From Ramazzottius varieornatus (Eukaryota > Animalia > Tardigrada): DNA of 64,000 nucleotides. Each line of letters opens with the position of its first letter. Position 1 is the stretch's first letter. The DNA lies in assembly GCA_001949185.1 (NCBI GenBank), contig BDGG01000013.1, forward strand, positions 1,189,226-1,253,225, read 5' to 3'. Below, piece by piece: positions 36,684 through 52,847 of the stretch. The position numbers and the translations under genes are program-made. A model generated the notes under the pieces. It saw only the letters and a list, made by a program, of their open reading frames with translations, did no database searches and was not told the DNA's origin.

Positions 36684-38148
36684 CTAGAGATTCGTGGAAG
36701 GCTTGGAAGATCGTCCTCGAGTTCCGGTTTTGACCGGTGGAGGAGGGACAGCCGAAACTCGTTTAGCGCTCCCCTGTGGTCTTCCCAGTGCCTTCCGTTT
36801 CGTTCCTTTCGCTCCTGCAACGAGCAACATCCGACTACCTAGATCACTTTACGCGAAGAAGCTTTACGAAAACTATGGCTAGGTGTTCGGCAAGCCAACT
36901 CGACAACATCGCCCACACAAGCGACGCACATTTCCAGCGTTCTTGGCTATAAGCGTGCGCCACTTGCAAAACGATCTGGTAGAGTTCTCATTACCTCCTT
37001 CGTCCTCGGTCTGTTGGCTAGCCCGGCTTTCCGCCGTGTCCTTCCTGGAGTTCATACTGGAGACCGACTCTGACATGCTCATCTTCCGCGATCGGTCTGA
37101 TTCTTCATCCTTCAGTTCGTCAGTGAACAGCTTCTCTTGAAGGACCTTCACTGATTCCGGCATCTTTTTTAAGCTATCTAGATCTTCACTTCCGAACCAC
37201 GTCCAGCGTTTCTTTGGCACTGGTTCTTCTTCATTAAACTTCTTTATAGTGATCTTCTTCAGTTCCACTCTGGTATCGGAGACCGTGAAGACGGGTTCCG
37301 CATTCTTGCAGCCAGGGAGCTTTTGCTTCATGTACCTGCTGTAAGATTCTGTGATGCGGCTGGCCAACTGCTCTCCTTTCCCATCCATCTCTTTCTTCAT
37401 CACAGCAACTTCTTGTAAGACATCGAGGTCTGCACCAAAGTCGATGAACGTCCGGATTTCGTTGATCATTCCTGCAGAAAGATCTACAGTCAACTGGTGC
37501 CACAAGGTTCGGACGCTAACCAAACAACAAACAGACACTTCAACATGTTGCGTGCCGTGCTATAAGAACGAAACGTATCGTGCGAAACCGTGGTATGGCG
37601 TAGTACGAAGCACCGGGCTAACAGCAAGGCCAAAGCCTATACGGAATCGGACGTGCTGCAACGCTCTGCCCACATGGCACGGTCTGATCGCATGCAGTTT
37701 GTACATGACAAAGACGGGACTTTAGAAGATAAGTGCGACGGGACAATTGCAGCTTCTTCAAATTTTTACCGTTAATCGGAACTGTGCATAGTCGTGGGGA
37801 GAATTTCCTCTCCGCTTCCTGGACTTTCAGCACACCTAACTCGTACACTTGATGTCGTTTTCGGACGTTCTCGATCACCCATTGCTCGCTGAGAATACCC
37901 TCGACGTCTTCGAGAGCGGGGCAGGGCAGCCCTTTAGCCATTTCTTCTGCGGCAAGCGTGTCCATAAGCAGATACCTCATCGTCTCCCCATTGATGCCCC
38001 ACGGACGAACTAGCCTCAGCATTTCAAATACGCGGCTGTCGAGGTAGTTCTGGTAGTCAGTCCGAGTATCTTCTGGCATGTCGCCGACGCGAAGAATGGC
38101 CGATTCGACATCCTCCGGAAATATTAAAGATGGCTCCGCTCCGTCCAT
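36684..38148 (-). CDS. Uncharacterised multi-exon protein with a basic low-complexity C-terminal tail
   Basis: Two long codon-like ORFs (38148-37770, 37471-36993) plus a terminal exon GSRMLLVAGAKGTKRKALGRPQGSAKRVSAVPPPPVKTGTRGRSSKPSTNL*. The middle exon is unresolved. Confidence 0.6.
36889..36982. repeat. Intronic palindromic element, family A, monomer
   Basis: cggcaagccaactcgacaacatcg..caagcgacgcac ... gtgcgccacttgcaaaacgatctggtagag. Confidence 0.8.
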
Positions 38149-38723
38149 TTTCCCCCGTTTTCCTTTGTATGCGTCCGGACGCTTTCACCTCCCTGCTACA
38201 GAGTACACACGTTCACACACCTCAGACGAAAATGGCAAAATAAGCAGGTTAATTCGATTTGGAAAGCTGGACAACAAAAGGAACAATTATTCCATTTTCC
38301 GGACAGGGCAGAAGTTTCGACCTTCGGCTCCGCTACTTGTAACCTTTCACGACTCCACCCTTTGGTTTTGGGGTTCACCCTTTTGTTGTGGACCGTGGAG
38401 AAATTTGCCGAGGGTGCTTTTCGCTATTCAAATGATCACTCGATCAATCAGGATTAATCCTATGCTATCGGGACTATCCTTGATTCGCGTGGTTTGCCCC
38501 TATAAATTTTCAGTTTGGGGGTGAATATTTTCGGACCGAGTGTAAACTGGGATTTTTGATATCGTGAGGCGCGCAGTCGGCGGAGACGGACAGACGTTTT
38601 CCTCTGGGTGGTCTGACCTCATGTAGTCATCCTTATACGGAATTATCGCTGGCGTATCTGATTACCTTGTCAGGTACAAAAGCAACTACGTGGAAACGAG
38701 TCATACCGATATTGGTGAACGCA

Positions 38724-42186
<3,463 letters not shown>

Positions 42187-42740
42187 ACTATTGCAGTTCG
42201 CGTGACAGAGACCATAAGTATTCTTTTTTTAACTTGTGCGAATTCAAGAGAACTTTTTCTCACAAAACCTGGCGTGTCGACGTTTTACTGAATACATTCT
42301 GAATCCAGCTTTCACAAAACCGCGCGTCGACTAATTTCTCTTCGTTATGAAACCGTAACTTGTTTAGTATTCTCGTAACGAAACGGTCTTGGTAGGCAGT
42401 GGCTTTGGTAAGACAATGCGCGTCGAAACTTTTCGGCGCATTGTATTCATCTCCTTTCGAGCTTGTCCTCGATGTCACCGTTAACAACGTTAAAACCTTA
42501 GTGCCATCCAAAAAGTTTGTTAGGCGTTTACCGAGGTCGAACATCGACTTTACACAAAATATCAACTTTATTTTTAGCTGTACTCAGAGCAGATTGCGTT
42601 CAGCGCCGACTTTCACAACAAGATGATACAACCAAACATAAAAAAATAGATATCGTCCCAAGTGTTCTGTTCGAGCCCGCTGTTGAAGGGTTCAAGCTTT
42701 TTATTCGGTTCTGGAACATCGACCTTACCTACTGGCACTA

Positions 42741-45700
42741 TCACAAGTTTCGATCTTCAGAAGAAAATAGCCACTGTGTCCGTGCCGATTTGGTATTAGC
42801 GGAAATGTGCAGTCTTGTCTGGTCCATCTCGAATGTTTGCCAATTCGCGTGACCCGAAGTAACTCCAAACCTGCGGTAGAACAGCATAAGTTGGTGTTGA
42901 TTAAACTACAGGAATTGCAATTACCATCGCAGCATCGATGTCAAGCAAAATGCGATTGCTCCCAAAGCGCACAATGACGTGAAGAGGATAGTCGTCCTCT
43001 GCGAGAATATTCCATCTGCAAAGAAACCTCCGTTGCGCAAACGACAGTATTTCTTGCTCAGTGATACCGCCATTGGATTACCTCTCGACAGGCAGACAGG
43101 CTTTATGCCGGTATAGCCGCAAAAGGGTTCGCTGGGCGGCGGGAAAGGCACTGGCCATTCTATGGTTGTTACACTCTCGAAAACGTTGGTTGAGCCGGGG
43201 AGTTTCAAGACAATTGTGGGCCATACATCACCCTTCTGGAAATGCTGAACAATCATATCTTGTTTGCGCTCGCCCACTTCGTCGAACTGGACGACGCCGG
43301 TGTCCAGGTTGAATGTCCGGTTCCAGAACAGCCGGCCGAGAGCGCTTCCGTCATTCGGGTCGACGGAGGAGTTATTGAGAGATTCCCCGATTACGTTACC
43401 GAGCATCATGACGCATTCGTAGCTCCCTATTGCGAACAAGTTCGGCTGCAAAAAAAATTCAAATCGGTTATCCGCGGCTTACATTCTCGAGAACGTCAGT
43501 TGAGCCAGGGAACTTCAGTACAAGTGTATTTTTGCTCGTCTGGTCGACATGCCCCATTCTTACAGTTTTAAATCGGTATTGATCGCGCCTGCAGACTATA
43601 CCTGACAATGTAATTGCGCCAAGAGGCCGCTTTTTCTCCACCACTTGAACAAAACCGGTACCTAGACCCATTACCGCTTCTGGAATAAACCATGGCCACA
43701 GGAAGCGGAAGTGAACTTAGAAACAAAAATCACACAGCAAACTTGATGGTTGATTGTGCAGATTGCGCCACACTGCACTGTGCTCTATGACACGTTCACT
43801 TCCCGTAGTCTACTCCCGAAAGTGGCAGTAGGTCAAAAATTGTGGTTCGAATAGTGCAGCAACGGAAATCCCCTACTGTGACATCAGTTCGTAGACTAGA
43901 GGCGGCGTATTGCCGTAATCCCGTGTAAGCTTATCGAACTGGCAAGTGAATCCTACAGGGTGTCGTGTGCAGCCGGCCGCCGTCATTCTACACAGAGTGA
44001 GCTGCCACCGCGGGATGGAAGTCCCACTGTAGCTAAAACGAGCTGCAACGTCACTCATACGCGCAGCAGCTGATCACAACTTTGAATATTTGGGCAGCCA
44101 CTGTGCTACCCACCCAAGTAACCCAACGCTAGCTAACCGCAATTTCGATAACGCTATTTTCCGAAAATAAGGTGAGGACAGTGTTCTTCCGATTATTGTA
44201 ATTCGTAATTGAAAGTGGCCAAGTTTGACGGTTTTGGAATTCTGATACAGCATTCCAAATTACAAATTCTGGGTTGCGTTTTTCTATACTAATTGGGATT
44301 CCAGGAACGTGATGATATTTTGACACACAATCGAAATCCGAATAATCAAGTATGACGGTTTTGGAATTCCTATACAGCATTCCAATTACAAATTCTGGGT
44401 TGGGTTTTTTTGATACTAATCGAAAAATCCAGGGACGTGATGATACACAGGGGGTTCAACAAGTTTTAAAGCTGATTTCACCACAAATTACTGGTTCGCC
44501 CGAACTTCACAGTTTTTCAAAGTAAGCACCACCAATCTCTATGCAATGTTTACATCGAGAAACCCAGTCGCCAGACATTTCGTGAACATATTTTTTATCA
44601 AAAGAAGCAAGGGCGTCGTCGCTAGGGCTATCGAGCTTCTCTTCCGCCAAAATGAGGGGGATGAACAATAGTTTCGAGCTTCTGCTCGGCCGAAAATTCC
44701 GCTGTTGGAAGTGCGCTGTGTGACTGCGCGTTATCGTGGTGAAGCATTTCTCCCCGAAGTCCGCCTTTTGGACGTCTGTTTCTCAGGATCTCTCACAGAG
44801 ATTTCAAACAGTTTTTGATGTAAGAAGCACCACCCATCGACGGTCCACGAGATACCTTTGTTTGAAACTAACTCTGTTCCAACCCAGGAAAACGTTGGGC
44901 ATATCAATACGATTCTTGATGCTCTTCGGTGCCGTACAACCACGGGTGCGCCACTTTCTTTCTCGACCTATTCCTTGTTGTGTTCCTTCCGTTGTGGGTC
45001 GTAATAAAACTTTCGATGAAGATTTCTGCACCGGTACTCAACAGATGATTTCGATGAAGATTCATCCCCCAACACTGTACTCATCTCCTCGGAGCATTCC
45101 CGTGTCGTCAAACACTTGACGACACGGGAATGCTTCGAGGAGAAATTATACAGTATGACGCTTCGGTAAAACGGCTATCGTAATGCGCCATGTTAGCGGG
45201 GAAAGTGGAAAGTTCGTCAGGTGCTAAAATCAAGACTGACGATTCTTCGCGGGTTTCAAGTCTATTCATTCGGTCTTTTGGTAATGGGCCGTAAATAGGC
45301 CAGCCTTTGTTTTGGACGGTGCCATAAAAATCTAGGTCAACTAGGGCAGTCATGCCTTAAAACTTATTGAACCCCCTATGTATTTCTTCGATATGCCTCA
45401 CGACTATTTTCGCAATATTCTCTCTTCCGTTTCTGCACCGCTGGATTTCTTCGCAAGCGTCATCCGACGCTAGCAGACTTGTCAGCGACGCCATGCAGAC
45501 TTCGACCGGCTTTGGCACAAGCACATCCATCGAGAAGTCTGACTCTGAAACTTTCCTTTTAGATTCTCATTTTTCCCGGACAGTCGCAAATCTGGGCTAA
45601 TTCAGCTTAAGGCTCGCAAATTCGTCTCTTCTCTGTTTCCAATTCACGATACAAGTAGTATAGCTTCCTTTATTGAAAGAAAGCTTTCGTATGGCATAAT

Positions 45701-48700
45701 GGTTAGGCACATCCCAAGACGACCGGAGCGACGATAGGCCAGTCCCCACCGATGCCACCGAAGGAGAAGGTACGTACAGTACGGAAAAGATTTTTTACGT
45801 AGTATTTTGGTGCGTTCAAACATAATCATAATCTTATTTGTTGGGCAAATACAAGGCGATAAGAAGCCCGCGGCGCCGGCACCCGATTGTGTATTTTGAT
45901 ACACAATCGAAATCCAAGATATTGGTAATTCGAACAATAAGCATCACTGAGAACCACGCGAAGTACACGTGGATATACTATTTGTACGCCTTGCGAGCCA
46001 CCGTAAATGCTTGATTCGGTGACTAACGGTTCACTGGTGCACGCCACACAGCCGTGCTAGATTACAATGCGTACTAGTGCTTCGCGAAGGAGCTACAGTT
46101 CGTCCTCGTGCGAGCGACCAGCGCCCGGCGGGCCTTGCTAGGTTTTGTTTCTCAACTGGGTTCAAGTTTACGCCTTTGCAATGTACTGCGGCACCTGCAT
46201 GAAGCATAACAGACTTGACTGACGGCAGCCATTCGTAGCCGATTTCTCGGGAACGACCTATTCTACGCGAAATACTAGAGAGCTCACTAAACGCTTACTC
46301 ATCTCACGCGTGGTACCGAATAGAAAAGCCAGTTTTAAGGAAACTGAAATTACAAAACACTATTCAATAATTCGAATATTTTCAATTGTTGTCGAAAGTC
46401 CTATTTGAATTGATCATAATGGATAATCCAGTCAGTACGAGGCCCTCGAAATTCGAGTTGCTGTTGCGCGAGAGATTTCGACTTGTCGTAATTGCAATTA
46501 AAACTGAAAAAGCTATATCGGGTTCAAGACTGGGGGTCCTCCTGAAAGCAATGTAGTAATACGTCACAAAAGGGGCGGAGCAAGCCGCTACTACAGTCGA
46601 AAAAAGAACCGCATTCGCAGCGTAATCACTGTTTGCTGCATGCGCGTAACACTTATGCAAAACACTTTCCCCTGCCCTTCTACAGTACGAGGAGCGAGAC
46701 CCAACTTTGTCCGTTTGCCCGAACTGGCGACAACTTTGTCCGCTGACGATATCTCACTAATCTTCCGCTATCAAAATCCCAAAATTATTCGCAATAATCT
46801 TCAAACACATAGCTTCATTTCTGTCCAGTCAAAAGTGAGAATAAGTGGAAGATTAGGACGGGAGAAATTCCAGAATGGAAGTCGTTCTGGAATTCGTTCG
46901 GTATTAGGGAACACGCTCTCTGCAGAGGGCCCAACAAGCTGGGTCATTTGAAACACATATGCGCCCAACCGAGCAGGAACACGCATTTCCAACCGTGTGC
47001 CCAAGGCTGATGACGTAAAACTACCGTTTCCGTCCCAAATCGGAACGGCTAAAACTCTGTCCACTTCCACGCAAAAACGCGTTGCTTTACAAAATCCGTT
47101 TAACTGTAACCTACCAATGAAGGCTGCCCTTCTTTCTGCTCAATCTTGCATGATCTCCCTTGCCTTTTACTGATCTTTGCGGAAAGTTTTCCACGGACTT
47201 GAGTTCTGCTACTTCTGAAGGGCTAGAGAAGGCTATCATCCGTTCCGATTCACCCGATACTCATGAAAAAGCCGTGGCGAGAAGTCATGTCACTTTGAAG
47301 TTGCTCCCTTCGGCTACCTTTGCTCAGAGTGGTTGGACTGAAACCACCCAAGTATTGACTGTAAGTCGAGACTACTTCTTAATTCTGAGAGCCAAGAGAA
47401 GGGAAGGTATGGCGCAGAGGAAAGTTAGGCTGGTTCAATCACCCGCTGTCTCGTCTTCCGGTGGCGCATGACGTCGTCGGAAGTGTAACCACCAAACCGA
47501 AAGCGGTTGTGGGTGAAAGCGCCTGTGGAAACCAGCTATCTCTTCCATCGATGGCTCTGAAAATCATGAATGAACTTTCGGCTAAGTTTTGAGGGTGGAA
47601 TTAGCGAAATCTCCCACGCTTCAGGAAGATATAGCGATGTGAAGCACAGTCGTCGTGCGCCACTTGGGAAGATAATCTATCCCAACATCGCTTAATAAGT
47701 CATATGTGACTTCGAAAATGGAAACAAGGTGCTCATGCGGTAGGTGTACATTGGCTTCTACCTTGATTCCTACGGAATATCAGAAGGGTTAAAACTTTGT
47801 CCACTCTTCCTCGGTCGCCTTATGGCGGTAAATGTGATCAGCTGATTTCAACCCAGCCAGGACGCCAAAATTGCCACTTGCAGGACTTGACTGGACTATG
47901 TATTTTCGTGGCTAAAGTAGGGTCTCGCTCCTCGTTCTCCGAAATGTATAGAATTTTGTCACCGAGCACGATGCCGAACCGACTGAAACTTTTTGACCAG
48001 CAAGACGTTTGTTTTCTTGAGGCGGTTTTGCAACTCACTCAGTGAAGAATGTGCCGAAAGATTGATGTCGGACCGAGGCCAGACTCCGTGCTCTACCCCA
48101 CAGTACTGGCCTGGTACTATAGAGATTAAGTTGCCACTCCCGTTCACTTTGCAACTGTGGCTACGGCCTTGCTCTGCCCCTTCCGTGACGTTTAACTACA
48201 TTTTGCTTTCCGGAGCTCCCCTTATTTTCGAAAAATAGCGTAATCGGAGTTACGGTTGGCTGGCATTGGGAAGCATGGTGGCTACCCAACTATTCAAAGT
48301 TCTGATCAGCTGCTGCGCTTATGAGTGACATTGCAACTCATCTTAGCTACACTGGGACTTTCATCTGGCGGTGGCAACTTAATGTCTGTACTGGCTACAG
48401 TTGTGTATGATGTTATGAAAGGATCGTGACGTATTCCACTTTAGACGTACAAGAGGTTGATCTTACAATGCTTAATGGGCGTAGCGTTGTACCTGAGGAA
48501 TTCATTGATAACGACTTGCTGTACGCTTTACCTACGACTTGATTGGTATTGATTGCGCGTCCTGTAGTCACAGATATTTTTGGGTACAGTTTACCTCCGA
48601 GATGTGTCAATTGCTTTAATTTGACCGTGATATGTGAATCACAGTGTGGGTGACCAATCACATGGCAGGCCACTAAAAGAACTGAATAAATGGAAGTGAT

Positions 48701-51700
48701 TACTTGATTCGTGGTAACCGTGCTGAATGGCTTGCCATATTTCGTTTGTTTTGGTCCACCGTGTAGCAAACAGATGGGTCATCGCAAAACAAAACCTAGC
48801 GTTTGAATTGACACATCTAGGAGGTAGAACTGTATCCTTCGAAACATTGATCCTTCGGAACAGTGCTTTACAAAGCGAGAATAATACACCCACGTGCATT
48901 TCGCCTGCTAATTAATGGCGATTATTACTCGAACTGACAACATCTCCGATTTCAATTGCGTATCAAAATTTCATCTCTCGAAATTTGCAATTTGAATTGT
49001 TGTGTCGGAATTAGAAAAGGGTCGGAACTCGACCATTTTCATTAAGAGCTCACAAAGACCAAGCTGGCTTGGTGGTGTAATTGCACCATCTACTTTGGTA
49101 GATACGCCCAGAGAATTTTTTTTGACCAGTTAGGAAAGCGGTGTAACGGCTCGCTTTGAAAGCCCCGCACTGCAGGTAAGTGCGATTGGAGGATTATGAG
49201 ATCTTTGATGTCGGAGAAACCACCATACACTCACCAGTAGGACGAGTAGCGAGAAACTTCGCCATGGAAGTGACATTTGAAAGTTTTGAGGGGAGCACAG
49301 CGGGAGTCGGGATGTTGGTTAAGTCTGGTGTAATTACGAGTCGTTCCGGAGCGACTCGTAATTACATCCAAAGTGTAATGTCTGGTGGAATGAATAGGCC
49401 AATCGTAAGGGTGTAGGTGGAGCCAGTAGCACCAGCGTCGTAATTCCACCAGCGGTGTAATCTATCTTTGTAAGCCCTTAATCATGAAATACAATAATCG
49501 GAACAACACCGTATACATCAGCTCCGCTACAGGTCTCCACTTACTTTCTCGCCTGATGCATACGTAAAGTTGAAGTCCCGCTGGGAACGTAATCTGAGCT
49601 CCGGTTCCAGAATTTGAAGCCGTGCGTTTGCCTTCCGGGCAGACGTCATTACAAATAATGATCTGAAAGCCTGGGCTGCTTCCTATAAGGAAACGCTCAT
49701 TCTTTGCTAATCAGGTAAAGGTTATCTTGATTCCTGATGGTGCTTGTAGAGTCGATCCTTACACTGTCCATTTGCTACACATCTGATCAGGAAGTGTTTC
49801 GGGGATGTTTCGTCGTGGACCGCATTTCATGTACACGAGCCTGCCCTAAATGTGGGCCTGGATAAAATCGTAGGCCACGGAGTGACAGTGGCTGCCCCAG
49901 TAGATTTGACTGACTTCAGCTGGCCCGTGCCGCTTTCCCTTCTTGGCCCACCGTTTTGTCCATGCCCGCGCTTAGGGCAACAGGCGTGTGTACTGTTAGC
50001 GTTATGGTCCTCGTACTAAACCATACCTCACCTGGTCAGATTCATGTCCATACATCCAAGTAAGGTTCCCGTAATAGGTACGATGATGGAAGAGTTCGTC
50101 CGCTATGTATACCTGCGGGAGAGATTAGAGGAACGGATTGTGTTACCTCGGTGAGTCTCTGCAGTTAAACGTTAAGTACGCAAAGCAACCCTAAATATGC
50201 GCACTCACGTAATCACCGTTGGTCATGTTCTCTGCCTTCACTTGTAGCTGTAAATCGGAGGAACTATCAATACGATACAGAATTCGCATGGTAGTAACTG
50301 GACATGAAAACTTGCTCACCATGAAAGAACGAAGTTCCGTAGGGTAGCCCAGAAAAACGATCACTGCAGAATAGTCGAATAAAGCAACAGCACGGTTTGC
50401 CAGCGCGGGGATATTTACCTCGAGCGGACTTCCGTATGTCTCTGAGGATAAGTGAGAGATCGCTTCTTGCGCTTGAGTTCCTTACATCGGTCTTTGCACG
50501 CGCCACACGAAACTGTTTTTTGTCTAATTCGTTGATGATCTTTCCACCGATGTTCAAATGCCAGGGTGTGGCTGAGGAGTCAAGCAAAACATAAATGGAA
50601 TCCCACGAATGTGCCAAGAAGACCTTCGCGTAGGTGTTTTTGCGACCCATCATCGCGTTGTTTCCTCCAAGAACCACGTTCGGATACTTTGCCTTGTCCC
50701 TGAAATCGGTCTCGCCCGAACCTCTACAAGCCCAATGCAAATTCGGAAGCGCATAGCGGAAGAAACGAAAAGCTTTTCCCAATACAAAGTAGGGTGTACC
50801 CAATCATCATCAACGTATTCCATCCGCTGATCAGCTTTCCCATTGCCAAACGTTCGCTGCACCCTGCGAAGCAATTAGACGTTCCCATTCACGAGGTAAA
50901 CGACATAATTCGGGCATAGTGGTTTTTCACTCGTAATTTGGGCACACTTTTTCTCACCTCCTGCTGCGCGTAACGGCTGTGACGTCACGCCATCCAGGCA
51001 AATTTGATATTGTCTACTTCTCTGAACATTTTTGGCTTAATATTGAATGATACTATTGATTTTGAGCACAGACTGCTTTCGAAAAGCACGCATCTATATA
51101 TTGGTGACGACTGTCTTTCTTCCCTGCGAGTGTGTCTTGACAAACCCGGCTTTCTGCCGGCACGGTATCTGCCACGTTTAACAAATAGGGACACCTATTT
51201 TCCCATCGAGAAACCCAATAACTAGCGGTATCGGAAGGAAAAACTCGCGAAATCTGGAACAGACAACTGTCCCGTGCGCTTTTACATTGACAACTCCGCT
51301 GTTTTCTGCTCGTATCTACAGACATGCATGAATTTCACCTGCGTTAATGAAAACGGTCATGTTGTAATGGTTAGTTGTCCTGCTGTAGAAATATCGGGAC
51401 ACCAAGAAGTCGACGTTATCCGTTAAGGATGTACAAGTTTGGTATTGGTCGTCGTAGAGCAGGGTGTGTTTGAAAGATACTGAGTTGCCGAAAGACCTCC
51501 GAAGTTCGTCAAGAGCAATGGACATGCCGGGCGCCACGTAAGGAAGGCTGGCTAGAGTGGCAACAGCATTGATGTTTCCCACCGATATAATCTCAACGCT
51601 CATCGATGACCTTTCAAAATATGACGCAGCAGTACATCTCTGAGCTATGAGAAAAACCACCACGGGAAGCCAGAAGTATGAAAGTGAAGATTTCTGGAAG

Positions 51701-51714
51701 CGAATTGTGCTCAT
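42741..51714 (-). CDS. ANF-receptor-family single-pass membrane protein (receptor guanylate cyclase-like ectodomain, no kinase-homology or cyclase domain)
   Basis: Signal peptide (MSTIRF..VVVFLIAQRC), SLPYVAPGM..C..LVSRYFY, GCSE..WNTLM, RDKAKYP, EAAQAFRSLF..FNFTY (49682-49545), PNLFAIGSYE..DGSAL..FWNRTF..TGVVQFDEVGER, WP..PPPSEPFCGY, a TM segment, then a short tail ending TGA at 42743-42741. Confidence 0.8.
44000..44115 (+). repeat. Left copy of an approximately 120-bp inverted repeat (partner at 48262-48380)
   Basis: tgccaccgcgggatggaagtcccactgtagctaaaacgagctgcaacgtcactcatacgcgcagcagctgatcacaactttgaata is the reverse complement, with mismatches, of 48262-48380. Confidence 0.85.
44226..44445. 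repeat. 127-bp-period tandem repeat, cut by the mariner at 44446
   Basis: tgacggttttggaattc..atacagcattcca..ttacaaattctgggttg at 44226 and 44353. Confidence 0.9.
44446..45380 (-). mobile_element. Degenerate mariner of a second family (different TIRs)
   Basis: 27-bp TIRs cacagggggttcaacaagttttaaagc / gccttaaaacttattgaaccccctatg with TA on both sides. Minus-strand remnants LRNRRPKGGLRGEMLHHDNAQSH and WVSRCKHCIEIGGAYFEKL*. Confidence 0.88.
48262..48380 (-). repeat. Right copy of the approximately 120-bp inverted repeat
   Basis: tattcaaagttctgatcagctgctgcgcttatgagtgacattgcaactcatcttagctacactgggactttcatctggcggtggca. Confidence 0.85.
49834..49990. mobile_element. MITE related to the pogo-like element at 2827
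   Basis: TA|cacgagcctgccctaa ... ttagggcaacaggcgtgtg|TA; intronic. Confidence 0.75.
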
Positions 51715-52847
51715 TTTCCGGTAGAAAATCTGGAAAAAAAGGGAATAAGGCAAGGACGACCAAACTGTAAAAACCAAACTTTATTCGGGTGCTTTTGTCC
51801 CGCAAGCAATCTTCTAAAATTCCCACTGGAAACAGCAAGCTCGGTAACAATTTGTGGAGCCGCTCAGTTTTCTAATCAACGGACGATGGGTTGACTGATC
51901 GGATGACTGTATAGTTATGTTGTAGTTTTACGTGGAAAATCCCACGGCCAAACCAGCGAGCTACCACGTGGTGTCTGGTATCATACTACTGACGTACCTG
52001 ATTCTGTCTGACAATACATATGACAAGCGTAAAGATTGTACTCATGTTGGACCACTTGAGGGAACAGAACAGAAGCACACCGGGTTAAGTGGAAAGCTAT
52101 TAGGCCGCGGTCGACTTCTGCAACGTTCGCCACACAGTCTGGATTTCCGATTCTGAAAACCTTTGACGGTACACTTGACGCCAAAAGTTTGAACTATGGA
52201 TTGGTGATTGTTATTTGTACCAGATTCGGCTCGTTAAATTTTCAGATCGTCATCAATTTTAAGATTTGACACCCTTCTAGTCTGCCATTTCTCAAAAACC
52301 CTAAAGTTTCGGTGCTATTGCAACCACCATAGGAATGTCTTACCCTCTATCGCTCGATGAATTTTTATTGCACCGTTAACGGAACTTTAAATTCAGAATC
52401 ATCTCTAAACACGTTTCCCTGAACTTTGAACCTAACTTTTGGCTAGCCAGAGAAACGAAACAAGAAATTCCGCGATGGGTTTCGAAACCTTCTCTGCTCC
52501 ATTTTTAGTAAACATTTTCAAAGGAAATGTCGGTTCACTGGTCGGTGCCTAGTTCCTTTGCGTCTGTTTTATCGCGTTTAGCACCCATGTGCTTCCTTTC
52601 TTTCTCAGACCTTTTCTTTCTCTTCCTCTCACCTCGTCCATACGTAAAAAATTACATCATTACCCGAGAACCTCTCTGATAATTGCACTGGACCACCTCA
52701 GTGGGAATCGAACGTCCTTTGCTTTCACGATTTCTAGGCCCTCCAGCAATATTTCGAATTAGCATCCAGTTTTGAATTTGATCATGCCGGAATGTACCGC
52801 ATGATAATTTATCCCTTCTGCACGCACTAAAATCGAAAAACCAGCAT

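Noticed and set aside
44944-44958. Isolated GTGCGCCACTT core (also gaagtggcgca near 54398)
   Set aside because: No flanking arm or partner, so not counted as family A copies.
46380-48920. Several 60-120 aa ORFs inside the 6-kb intron (possible Helitron or LTR relics)
   Set aside because: No diagnostic motifs could be identified by eye.
52690-52745. tRNA or SINE (minus-strand B-box GTTCGATTCCC)
   Set aside because: No A-box or cloverleaf can be built.
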